36,853 nucleotides of DNA from Catajapyx aquilonaris (lineage: Eukaryota), in assembly GCA_000934665.2 (NCBI GenBank), contig JYFJ02003874.1, forward strand, positions 1 to 36,853, in the 5' to 3' direction. Below are positions 1 through 12,213 of the stretch, piece by piece. A program made the position numbers and the translations under genes. The number at the start of each line of letters is the position of its first letter. The stretch's first letter is position 1. Below the pieces are notes generated by a model. That model did no database searches and was not told where the DNA came from. It worked only from the letters and a program-made list of their open reading frames with translations.

Positions 1-2889
1 CAATTTTGAAGGCACTTTTAAATGTGCCGTAATTTATCCAGTAATGTCATTTTGATGCAACAGAGTGATGGAATGTATGTTTACGGGCATGGGCTAGATA
101 GTTATGAACAAAAATCCCAAATCCCAGACCAAGGCTAGTTCCCCATTCCAGAATAACTATGATAGAAACTAACAGAAGCATCTACTACACACAAAACGGA
201 AGCGAATCGACTCTTTTAAGGTACACAAATTGCTAATATATGCATAGCACAAGCTAGATATTCCTCAAAAAGCCGGTGAAAATATTAAAACTTGTAACCC
301 TTCAGTAATGTTCAGCAGCAGAAACAATGAAACGCCGGTATTGCGTTTAATGATGTGGCTGAGTATTATATGGGAAGCTCATTCCAAAGTGACTTTATAA
401 TTGCGCTCCATGCATACATTTCCATAACACGCATCAATTTTCCCGGAGAAACGAGGCGGTTTCGAAACGTAATTGGAGGACGTGCTGCAAGAATTCCTTC
501 GATGCGCCCATGTTACACGTCACACTATATACCAGAACCCATCCGGCCATGTGTAAAAAGTCCACATGCGTTGAAAGTCCGGGGCAAACATGTGAAAACG
601 AGCGCTGCAGATTATAATTACTTAGGCAAGAGGTCTGGTGTTTGAGCTGTATAAGTAAACGAGTAGCTTAGGGGGTGCAGTAATGTGAGGTGGGAACACG
701 TTCTCATGATATGGCTCAGTATACACATTTGCAGTGTGGATTTTGGAACTGGAGCTCGTCACGGCACAGACGTTTCAGGTATTATCACACCCGGCAAAGT
801 TGTAGTTTAACTAGAACTAATTAAAATGCCTACAGCCCTACCCCTAGCAGAAATAGATTGCCAGCTTTTACACGACAGAAATGGCGGAAAGCAATTATAC
901 CTGGCTTGTTTTATTATACCAAGGACGTTAAAAGTGACACATTGTAAAATTCAATTTAGTAAATCAGTTAAATCTAATTGCCCCCAGACAATGTACTAAT
1001 TGGCTACATTGCGCGTTATTGAAAATTATTGTGAAAAATTTAGTGTGACAACCCATTCACACAGCCACTATCTTTTAACCAAACAAGCTTTAGAAGCAAC
1101 TCTTAACAATATAACATTGCGATTTAAAAAAAAGTAGTTTCTGAAGGTCAGTTGGAAAAAAAGGAGTGGCGGTTTGAACGTACTTTTTATGTCGACTATA
1201 CGTGAAGTGGTAGCACTTATGTAAAGTTATCAAGTCCCATGCTGTCTTATACTGGTGAAACTTACGTAGATTGTAGCCGCTGTGACTTCCGCATTTTTCT
1301 TCTCCTGAGAAGGTAAAATGAACGCACGACTTTAGACCTCCCAGCCACGAATGCAAACAAAAAAATGTTGTGTCTGGAAGTCAGCTTGGTTAATCACACA
1401 AATGCAATTATGTTGGAATTTATTATCATACGAATACGTACAGTGTAATAAATATTGCCACACTCGACACAACTTCAAAAGTATCGCGCTATACATCTCC
1501 TCAAGTTGATTACAAAATTTCTTCGCGAAAACCTTCAATGACCGTTTTACAATCAATCTCATTACTTTTAGGAGTATATGAAATATATGGCCTACCATAT
1601 ATCCATCAGGGAAAGAAATGAAATCGCAATTGTCAGCCTCCATGGTTGAATTTTGTCACACTATATGACCCGTTTCATAATTTTTGGCACGGGTAACTTC
1701 ACACCGTCACACTGTTCTTCGTGTTCGTAATCGCCAAGCAATAAGATAAAGAAACACTCGAAGGGAGCAGGAACAGCGTGTAAAATCGTCATTATCTCCT
1801 TCCTTAGTGGACAAGAAGAAAGAGCGGCATGTCTTACATCTCCAGGTGTAACTGACAGAACAGGCTTATCAAGGCGATAAGAGTTGGGCTTGTTTCTTCG
1901 ACTTATCACTACCCAAACGACCATAACATGAGAGCCTACACTGACTATAGCGTGTCTATTAGTTTCTATATACATGAGCTGTTAAATGCTGGAAAAGTAG
2001 GTTTAGGTCAAGGTTTTTCTATAGCACATTATTATGCATCGCATCATATTCGAATCTTAAAATTTTTTGTCAGGTGCAAATTGCTTACTTGGAGTGCTTA
2101 ATTTTTTTATTGCTGGATTTAGCCTTGTTTGGTGTGCAGATAACAATTTTGGAGTGCAAATTGCACCTTTGCATCCGAATATTTCAACCCCTGGCATCAC
2201 ATGTCACGTCATGAGTTACTCTGTGTCTCACTTGTCTAATGATTCGTAAATTAAGCAAACGCAAACGATTATTTTAAACGTAAAGTGCCTATTGTTGACT
2301 CGTTTGTCATGCACTTTTCGTGACGCAGCACACTACTCGCAATACGTATAAACCTGATTTTGAAAAATAAATGTATAACTTTGGGACAGAATGTCCACCA
2401 ACAAGTATAATATAGCTCCATGCATACTATATGGACGCAGATTTCGGTATAAAATTGAGCACAAATAGCAATCAGGGCCCCTGGTGTTAGTGCGTGGTGC
2501 GGCTCCGGAGTTTGTGCAGCCAAGTATTGGTTTATCGATATCTAACCGCAATCTCCATGCCGCGTTATATCCCCCTCTCCCTGCCTATACTATACCCCCC
2601 ACTCTAGTCATATACATGCATGATGCAACAACGTCGGTGGGACCCACACACACACAATAATTTGTGCAACAATCATAAATGCAAAGGGATCCATAAGCAC
2701 ATGGGATCATGTGGGATTTCAGATATCGTTAGGTGTAAGGAAGTTTTGCTGGTTTGCGTTTTACGATCGCCGTCCATTTTAGCCAGACTTATCGCGACAT
2801 TGAATAAATCGTTAGGTGGTTATAGGGAACTTGGAGCAATTTGCATCCACTACAAAAAATCGTTACACTTAAAAACATGCCGATGCGAC

Positions 2890-2915
2890 CACACACACAC
2901 ACACACACCCACACA
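2890..2915 (+). repeat. (CA)n microsatellite
   Basis: CACACACACACACACACACCCACACA. Confidence 0.9.
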
Positions 2916-5079
2916 TTGCAGATGTCGCTTCCGTGCAAACTCATCATAGATTGGTATCAATATGTAAAGGCGTAAACATGGATGTGCCTGCACTTAGCAC
3001 ATGAAGTATAAGTGACCCGCAATACAATATGTACATCAGCATGACAGGAGGCTACTTGTATATACCTGTGACATAAATTTTAGGGGACATAAATTGAGGA
3101 CATGCGGTAAATGCAGGGGGGAGTTTCACGCGGGCCCTTATCGACAACAAACCTGTTTCCATCTATCACGTAGGGCAGCCAACTAAACATGCCAATCATT
3201 CAGGGCCCGCTTATCTACCGCCAAAGGGAAAAGCCGCCGATCTTTTGACCTGCTGATGAAGAGCTGATGTTAGCTCAGGAGGTGCGGCTGGAGGTAGGTG
3301 ATGGGAGGGGGTATCGAGAACCACCTTTTCCATATCGGTGGGTGATAATGTGCGTAACTCCGTTCGCCTCAATATGTGACAATGGCGGCATTGTTTGTTT
3401 CTATATGATTTTATTATAATGAAATTGGTGAGAATAGCCCAAGAATAGTCATTTGATCAGGATACACTGCATTGTATTTCTGATACCTCGAGTGTGATTA
3501 ATATGGCATATGAAACAAACAAAAAATTATCATCAAGGCTTAAACGACATAATTATTTTGTAGTCATAAAATAACATGACCTCAAAACAAATTTGCAGGG
3601 ACAAATATTTAAAAGAAAATATCTTATGCATTTATATTTTTCCAGATTCGCAGATACAACTGGGCTTAAGTAGCGCAGACGTGTGATGCCTCACCTTCCT
3701 CGCTATCTCCAAAGGTAGGTTTTTCTGTTTTTCAGTGGTTACGACAATGCAATTTTGGATTTTCATAATGAAAAACGTTAATTTTTACAACTAATCGGAA
3801 CTTTTTCACACTTTATAACATGTTTTCATTCACAACATTCCATTGATATCTGCATACTTTTGTGGTCCAGGTCAAATTTATCGCTTATGCACTCTGAAGA
3901 ATTAGTGTATCTAATGAAAACGTTTTAATCTTCGCGTTGAATAATTTTTCTCACAAAATTGCAGCAATATTAATTTTTCTAACTATACTGATACTGTTTA
4001 GTTTCTGGCCCATCACTGAGGGAATCCTGCAGAAATATGCTATTGCATTGATAGACTCTTTGAATATCCATCGGCGATTCCTCATAAAAGTATGATGTCA
4101 CTATACATACGTTGACCTGATGATGACCTACTAAAACCTGTACGAGTGTCGATGTCAATTGCGATATTTCAATTATCATGCAACTATTGCCCGAATATAA
4201 CCCCAACATGTGATTCACGTCTATAGCCTCTCCTCTCCTTGAAAATAGCAGCCGAGTTATCACATTCACGGGAAAGAATCCTTGTGTAGGATATAACGCC
4301 CCCACCAAAAAAAAAAAAAAACCCTCTTCCCGGAATACCAGTCTCCGGGAACATTCCGGGAGACAAGTTGCCAGTGGAGTTTAGGGTTGGTGGACTCGTG
4401 GGGGAAGTGGGTNAAAACTTCCCCCCTTTACTTTTTTGGCCCGGCTGCAACTCGTAAATCAGGCTTGGAGAGGAGAGGCGCCATTTTGCAGCCTAATGGC
4501 GACGGAAAACAATAGGGCGGGCAGGCGCCATGGCGGAAAGAAGCTAACTGGCTCCTCTTTCCCCAGGAAAAGGAGTCCGTTGCGCCATAAGTCTCCTTTC
4601 TCAGAGGGATGGAGAAACGGTCGTGCTGGGGGTGGGTGGTTGGTGGTAAGAGAGGCGCCCCCTCTAAAATTATGGACACTTCGGGGCTTGCTTTTCCGGG
4701 GCGGCTTGTAAGCAACTGCTGGTTATTTACACCCTCCTTGACCACAAATCCACTCGTTTATTTTATTTGGGTTTATTTTTTGGGGGTTGCCAATTGGTAC
4801 CATTTTTTTCGTCCTCAGTGTGTGTCGCGTCAGTGGTCTAGGAGCCAGCCTGTCATTTATCAACTAGGGAACCGCAGTTGCCAAAATTTGGTAACTGAAA
4901 TCAGTATGGCAGTGACAATCAAGCAATTTTAATGAAGTTGCCTGCCGATTTACCACATAAGTTAGTACTATTCTTTATGCATAGATGGCGCACACTCCCT
5001 CTGCACACTCCTGCCACGCTCAGGTTGTGTGATACTATCAAATCGGCCAAACATCCGACGGAGAGAATAAGCATATATA

Positions 5080-5416
5080 TTTTAACCCCGTGATAGCCCT
5101 CCATGTGCCTTTTTGGGGGGTGGTACACCACCATCAATATTCTAGTACTTTTTTTCTTCATTCTCTGGTGCAAGGAAACAAGGACATTGTTGGGTAAGGA
5201 TAGGGATTTTCGGGAAGGGGACACGGATGCAGGTGCAATGTCTCAAGTTTGGGCCATGTGCAGTCCCCCGCAGGATGTTAGGTTGCCAGACACCTCCAAG
5301 GTTCGGGTCAGAGACCCTCCCGACGCAGGTGAAAGGGAACTCCCAGGCGGGGATCGAACCTGGGACCTTTCACTCAGCAAGCCGAGACGTTACCATCTCG
5401 ACCACCACACCGCCCC
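5080..5416 (-). mobile_element. tRNA-derived SINE (family A)
   Basis: Minus strand GGGGCGGTGTGGTGGTCGAGATGG (A box) ... GGTTCGATCCC (B box). 3' tail AAAAAGGCACATGGAGGGCTATCACGGGG. Degenerate TSD-like flanks (agaataagcatatat / agaatttaagcacatat). Confidence 0.75.
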
Positions 5417-5439
5417 AGAATTTAAGCACATATTAGCTA

Positions 5440-5487
5440 ATACCAACAAGTCATCTGTCTCCTAGGAGAAAGATGACTTGTTGGTAT
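5440..5487. repeat. 48-bp spacerless palindrome (1 mismatch)
   Basis: ATACCAACAAGTCATCTGTCTCCT|AGGAGAAAGATGACTTGTTGGTAT. Confidence 0.9.
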
Positions 5488-7785
5488 GCATTTATTACGT
5501 AGTATAGAGACCTGCTGTTGTGCATATCCAGCACATTTTAGCCTCATTAGGCTCTTTGGAAGATGGGGGCAACAACATTGGATTTATATCAAGCTGGGGG
5601 GGTTTGTTTTCTGGTTACCAGTCCGTTCGTTTCAACTCTCCTAAATCTTCCTCTAACTTCAAACCTCCATAATAATGAAAATTAACATAGCATTGATCAG
5701 CCGGCGAGTGACCGCGTTTCGGCGCCGGAAAATACAGCCGCGTAAATACCCTCGTGAACCACACATGAATAATCAATTAATGGCAAAACGGACCGTCAAC
5801 AATTCCACCCCTCCACCCCCCACATCCCTCACTATTCATAGTCGATTCAGGAAGAGACCGCTGCCGCTATGGAAAAAAATATACGGTATTATTATGTACA
5901 GTACAAAATAAAAACAGACCCCCTCCCGCACTCATTCTGCCCTATTTTGGTCCAAATCCACTCATGGCGCCCTGCATGTCAACACTAATTTATGGCGATT
6001 TGCATTAACTCCTTCCCACCGACGGGTTTTTGTACAAGTGCCCCCCACCCACCTATACAGCTCTTTATGTAAGCCAGCCATCAAATCCGAGCAAGCAATA
6101 AAGATGACGTATACCTTAACGTGGAAGAAAACCTGAACAATACGGGCCAAAAATATAAGCAGCACTTTTGGCGGCGAAAAGGTTCAAAAAACACTAAGGT
6201 CATTGCTACTTCTGATTGTTGATGTGTATCACGATAATTTGCACAAATTAATAACATATGTTCACTGCACTTCTTATCTGGACAGACCGAAGTCTTTCCC
6301 CCCGACTACCTTGCTTGACGTGGTGGTGAGACTTGTTTCTCCCGTGACCCCAAGAGCTATGCTAGCGGCAGCTTTGTCTACTGGCAGCCTGGCAGGGCTA
6401 CCTACCGTAGTCAGGTGTTTGGGATATGAGAGAGACTCTTTTTCCCAGGCTCTTCGTTTAGCTGTCTCCATGATGTGAGGCCCCACTTTTGTGTCTTATT
6501 ATAGCCAAGTAGCCAGATAAACCTAAACATAAACCAACTTGACCTGTGGCACACATGTAGACATTGCAACTTCCTATCACTGAACCGGATGCTCCATGTG
6601 TCGAATATTATCCGGATGCAGCAAAACGTGCCATGGCCAGTAAACAATAGCCATGTTACCACATGCCTGTCGTCCCCTAATTTTTTCCGGCCCTCCTTCG
6701 CCGTGTGTTTGACTGATGCCGCTTGCAGTTGTCACCATAGGTCCCTTCCCCAGTGAACCCACAGATACGAGAGTCACATTTCCTACAAACCCATGAATCA
6801 CACGTGTCCCTTGTCCCCACAACCCAAGCAGCATTCAACGGGCTCTTCTCCAAACGACTTGCCTTTCTGACAAACAATTCCGAGCCCCCTTTAAACTATT
6901 AATTTCACATCTTTGCTTCCCTCCCAACTAACTGTTGGTGATAAAAATACGTAAGTGGGCTAATTTATCCTGAGAAAGACCACGCCCCTTTAGTTTTCTG
7001 GAACTAAACAGGAAAAGCTGCGGCTCGATTTATTGGCTTGTATCATTTAAGTGGATGGTTAGGGGGCTTTTGGGTTGGATCCATTATTGGGAGGGACTTA
7101 CGGAAGTTTAAGTCTTGAGACTTGCACAAACAATGCAACATTTTGTGTGTGTGAACTGTTAAGTTATGGGTGGAATTTTTATGCTAATGGAAATTGTTTA
7201 GATTTCCGTAGTTTGGGTTGGATTAGGCAGATTACGGGGGCAAGGTTCGGCTAGGAATGTCTTGCACAATAATTAGTTGTCCCACCCACGGCGTCACCCA
7301 TTCTGTTCCGAAAGACACTTATTCCGGATTATCTCACCCCATTTCCCCCCAACAGTTCCGGAAATAGAGTGGCGCACCCGCCTTGTTCTCACACGTGTAG
7401 GCATAAATAACGGGGGCGATTTTACGGCTGTAAACAACCCAAAATGCGCATTCCAATATGGCGGAGGACGATGCACTGGTATGTGTACGGGGCTCTGTAT
7501 AATTTAGATCCAAGAATTTGTTATTCTCTTAGGTGGCTGCAGGCCTTTGCTAATCGAGCAGTCAACAATTTTGTTCTTGCATTTTGCACAAAAAAAAAAT
7601 CGGCTTAAAATTATACTTTTCATGTTTTCATGGGTCTACGCGATATTGGTATATACTGTATAGTATTTCAATACCTTTGCACATTCTAAAACACCTAAGT
7701 ACAGCCTATATGTAGCCACGGAAATATTTGCACAAGATATCACATTGATATTATTTTAAACATATTTGGCCTAACATGTATAAGT

Positions 7786-7859
7786 TTGGACTGACGTCAC
7801 CATTGCTGTCAGTTATAACTTATAAGTGACCATAACAATGAAAGGTAACGTCACTCCAA
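7786..7859. repeat. Imperfect 74-bp inverted repeat
   Basis: Outer arms TTGGACTGACGTCACC...GGTAACGTCACTCCAA. Inner GTCAGTTATAA-C-TTATAAGTGAC. Confidence 0.75.
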
Positions 7860-10406
7860 GAAAAATATTTTCTTTACAATGTACGTTGATACGGTATATT
7901 TTTCTCTTCAATACTAGCCATTCTTTTCAATGGTATTATTTGCATTGAACATACCTTCATTTCCGTTTATTGCACTATTAATAAGACACAACTTTGAATT
8001 TCATGATGTACTATATGCACTTTTTGCAGCATAAAACATTTTTGTAAATGATGATTATTAGCACTATAATTGTGTATAGCCTACTACGTAATTAGCAGAT
8101 ATGGGAACAAACATTACAGTGGCCAAATCCACGTCCACATGTTAGCCTATGATACCAAATTTCGATTGTTGCTGTTGGTTTTTTCTGGTGCCCCTACACC
8201 TCTCCCCCATTGCACACTCTCCTTCCACACCTCCCCAACCCGTTTGAGGTGGAGCGAAAGGCACGCCAAACTCCTGAAGCTCTTCGGGGGCAAATCCTTC
8301 TTGATGAGAGAATTTGTTGGTTCAGAGATTAGATGGAGAAACTCAAGGAAGCAATTTGGATTCGGGAGGCTTTCCCCAACTTGCAACTACCTTTATCCCA
8401 TGCACAACCCTGAAGCAACGGGGGTATACCCGTCTCACTCTTCCCCCACACGCAGGCATGGCATCAGTTCTTATGGCGGCAACTCCCTAGATGTTTGCTT
8501 CTGGATATGATTAGAGCCCTGCTTTGCTCGATTGGAAGCTTCCGTCACTCGTCACCGCAAACATTGATCTACGAGTGTGCCGCAGTTCAGTGTAGCGGGT
8601 CACATGGGCATTAAATAAATACCGGATTCTCTCACACTGACGGAGCAGTGAATTAATTACATTCGGGCTGGGTATATACACCTGTTACGCAACTCCTCTC
8701 CCTTCAATGCGAATGTTATGCTGCAATAATCTGTGTGAAATAGTCATTCTGGCTACTCTGGAACAACGATATTCACCTCATCATCAAGTAATAGGTGCGT
8801 CTAAATTTCTCCCCCTTTTTGTTTACTTATTCAATCCTCAGATTTTTACAAGTTCAAGATGACATCCCCAGTATTTTAATTACTAAGCAAGAATAACGAC
8901 AAAATTAATGTGATGTCATTTGGAACTTAAAATAAAATCAGAGTGTAGCATCTCCTTGATATGTACCCACCCATGTCGTTCAGTAATTGGCGATATTTAC
9001 TTGGCATTTTAAAAATGTCAATATTTGGAGGTTAAAATAAAGAAATGTATAATACGCGGCCAAAAACCATGTCGATTCTATTCCAGCATATTGTGATCAA
9101 TTCATATGCTGACAACTGTGCAGAATTTTCTCACCGTGCTGCTTCCTGCAGTTTCTATTCCAGCTCCTACTGTACATTAATAATTAACTTCCAGCAGTGC
9201 TTCTATTGAGAAGTTGGGTGAATAATATGCTCAGATCAAAGTTGTTAACTTTGACAGAGAAAAATATTGTTGACAAAATGGACAATGTCACAGTCAAGCA
9301 TAGCTTTTTTTTGCTATTGTTTACATCCGCTAAAGAAAATGTTCGCAAGTGAGATAGGTAATCTGTATATGAGTTATTTTGCTTGGTACACTAACATTGC
9401 GGGTGAAAATGGTGCTTGATAGTGCGTACTACTACGACTGCAGTAGAAAAGTGAAAGCTAAAATGAGGGACCAAAGCTGGGACCCATCACAGATAAGAAA
9501 GTTGCGAATAGTAATTTTTTAAAAGTTACAAATGACCTCAACAGTTGCTAGAAACCTGAAGTAATTTTTACTTGAAGTTTTATATGGCATTAGTTGGTGA
9601 TTAACAATTTTTCGAGTAACATAATTATTTCTCACTGAAACTGATATTGAATGAACCTGATGAATTATCCCATTGCACTTGTAATACTCCATTTTTAAAA
9701 GTTTTCCACCTGGTGCAATTGCAATATTGCAATACTCATCAGAAATCATCGAGTCTAAATGTAAGTTTTAGTGAGCAATTTTACGGCTCAAAAAATACGT
9801 TGCCAATGACACAAAATTGGAAATAAAAATTATATCAGATATACATGACGGCCTTCTGTGGTCCATTTGAAACGCATGATATATTGCCAATTCTCAATAT
9901 TACAACCCCTACATCTCAACGACTCTAACTCTGATTTGTTAATTGTTAGTCTGCATGTTACAGACATGATACATATAAAATTTATTTCAGTGATTAAAAT
10001 ACAACTTGCAAATTTTTTAGGCGGAATAACTATCGATGATGCAGCTAATCTGTGCATATAGCCTAGCACTTGTTTATCTCACTCGAGCTGCAGTCCATTT
10101 CTACACAAAGGTGAAATTTTATGTCGCTTTTTCATGGCGCACTTTAATTTCTTGTGACTAAAATACTTTAGAGCTGTGATGCAAAGCATGTGAATGCTGC
10201 ATTATATACTATGCTTTTCCTACTGGCACGTGGAATGCCCTTCATGCCTTGGAGTTATTTTTCTCTCTCACTATACTGCTGTCTTTCTGGTGGGGCGTAA
10301 CGATGATAACATTATATACAACATAATCCGAGACATAAATATTGACCTGTTATTCGTGCCCTCGCCACGTTCGCTGCTGGTCATCTGATTTCATGTAAAT
10401 ATGAAT

Positions 10407-10529
10407 ATTGTCAACATCTTTGGTCTGGAGCCAATATAATTATATTGTATGGAGCCAATATTATTATTATTATTATATGTATAATTAATATATTAATTAT
10501 ATTGGCACCAGACCAAATAAGTTGACAAT
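10407..10529. repeat. Inverted repeat / collapsed MITE with AT-rich centre
   Basis: ATTGTCAACATCTTTGGTCTGGAGCCAATATAATT ... AATTATATTGGCACCAGACCAAATAAGTTGACAAT, arms about 35 bp. Confidence 0.75.
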
Positions 10530-10996
10530 GTCGGCAGAATTCATCCACACTAGATTTTGTATTGTTAAATCTGTGCCTAACAACCGAAGAGTGCGGGTAT
10601 AGAGTCCAGTTTCATCGATGTTGTGCATAGACACCAATTGTTACCTAACTTATTTTCAAGTGCCAAAATGTTTATGAAATTAACCCATAATTTGCATAAA
10701 ATCAATTCATAAATATCAGGTTGAAACGTGTGTGAATCGCCGTACTTTCAAAAAAAATGTAGAGCTATAGTGATGTCAATTTTATCCAGAAGCTATTTTA
10801 CAGCATGACGCAACCGAACTATCCACAAATCTCTCCATGACAACTTAATCTGGCAACAGTTTCCTCATCCCAACAATGCGCGTCTCTCATCCCTCCAAAC
10901 GCCAAAAATCACATCCTGCCAAGCCCTCCTCATCAGCAGCGGGAACCAATAAACAAAGATCTCTCGTTTCTTTGACACCCCCTCTGCACTTCCTCA

Positions 10997-11377
<381 letters not shown>

Positions 11378-12095
11378 TTAGGACATTGTTGGAACGCACA
11401 TCAGTAGGCCACCATGTAAGACACTGTAACATTTAACACACAAAAAAATATACATGTCAGCCTGAGAATAGTACTGACGTCATACGCTAAACTGCTGACA
11501 TTGTTGCCATTTGACACAATTGGACAAGAATGCCAGAAATTCCAGCAGTACAGCGAACAATTGTGACGTCGGTACTGAACTGGAATAATGCTACCCTGCA
11601 GCCTGATAGCATCATTATTTACTTTTAGCGACCTTCAAATTCTTAGTAGATCCCCGATGTAATACCATGTTTCTCCAACGCCATACATGCCAACAAACTA
11701 CATCAGCTGTGCGTGAACAACGTACCGAATCCGAATGTACCGCACTAATATTTACCTTCATCGTTGGTCCCGTACCCAGTGACCGCACAACATTGCACAA
11801 GTGAGTCAGTGAGACGACCCAAAGTCCCTCAGCATGTCAACTTCCGGGATGATACAGTACCGTAACACTTATTCGCACGACTGCGCCACTATTGGTCACC
11901 CCACTGGCGCCATCTTTAAAATCCATCCCCCCCCCCCTTTCCTCCCCATCCGCACATGTCCCCACCCAAAAAAAAATTCTAAGAAACGCCAGCCCTTCCC
12001 TAATCCATACAATGGACACTAGGGATCCACACCGGATAAGGGTAGGATAACTTTTTTTTCTTATTTTTTTTTCTTTTTTTGTCCGGATAACTTAC

Positions 12096-12213
12096 CCAGA
12101 TCGGTTCCAACCAACGAGAGGAACATCTCACTTGGAAAACACCAAGCAACGGAACCCAACTTTGCAACCAACTTTTCCTCCAGCCCTAGTCCACCTCCGC
12201 CTTCCCCCTCCAT
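12096..12213 (-). CDS. Pitx: Candidate alternative first coding exon (1b) of Pitx
   Basis: GAAATGG start preceded by in-frame TGA TGA. Reads MEGEGGGGLGLEEKLVAKLGSVAWCFPSEMFLSLVGTDL, with a second in-frame ATG at 12126. Consensus donor TGG|GTAAGT at 12095. The 118 nt length gives phase 1, in frame with the homeobox exon across a 740-nt intron. Confidence 0.5.

Noticed and set aside
1070..1085. VWLK on the minus strand as a possible Pitx exon 3 start
   Set aside because: Does not continue as FKNRRAKW and has no acceptor.
2066..2193. Possible hAT-like element end (TTTCAACCCCTG)
   Set aside because: No partner TIR or TSD found.
3979..4308. 109-aa ORF faintly reminiscent of a LINE endonuclease fragment
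   Set aside because: No catalytic motifs recognisable. Cannot be supported without a profile search.
6274..6486. Protein-like minus-strand ORF (METAKRRAWEK...)
   Set aside because: No recognisable homology and no convincing splice acceptor.
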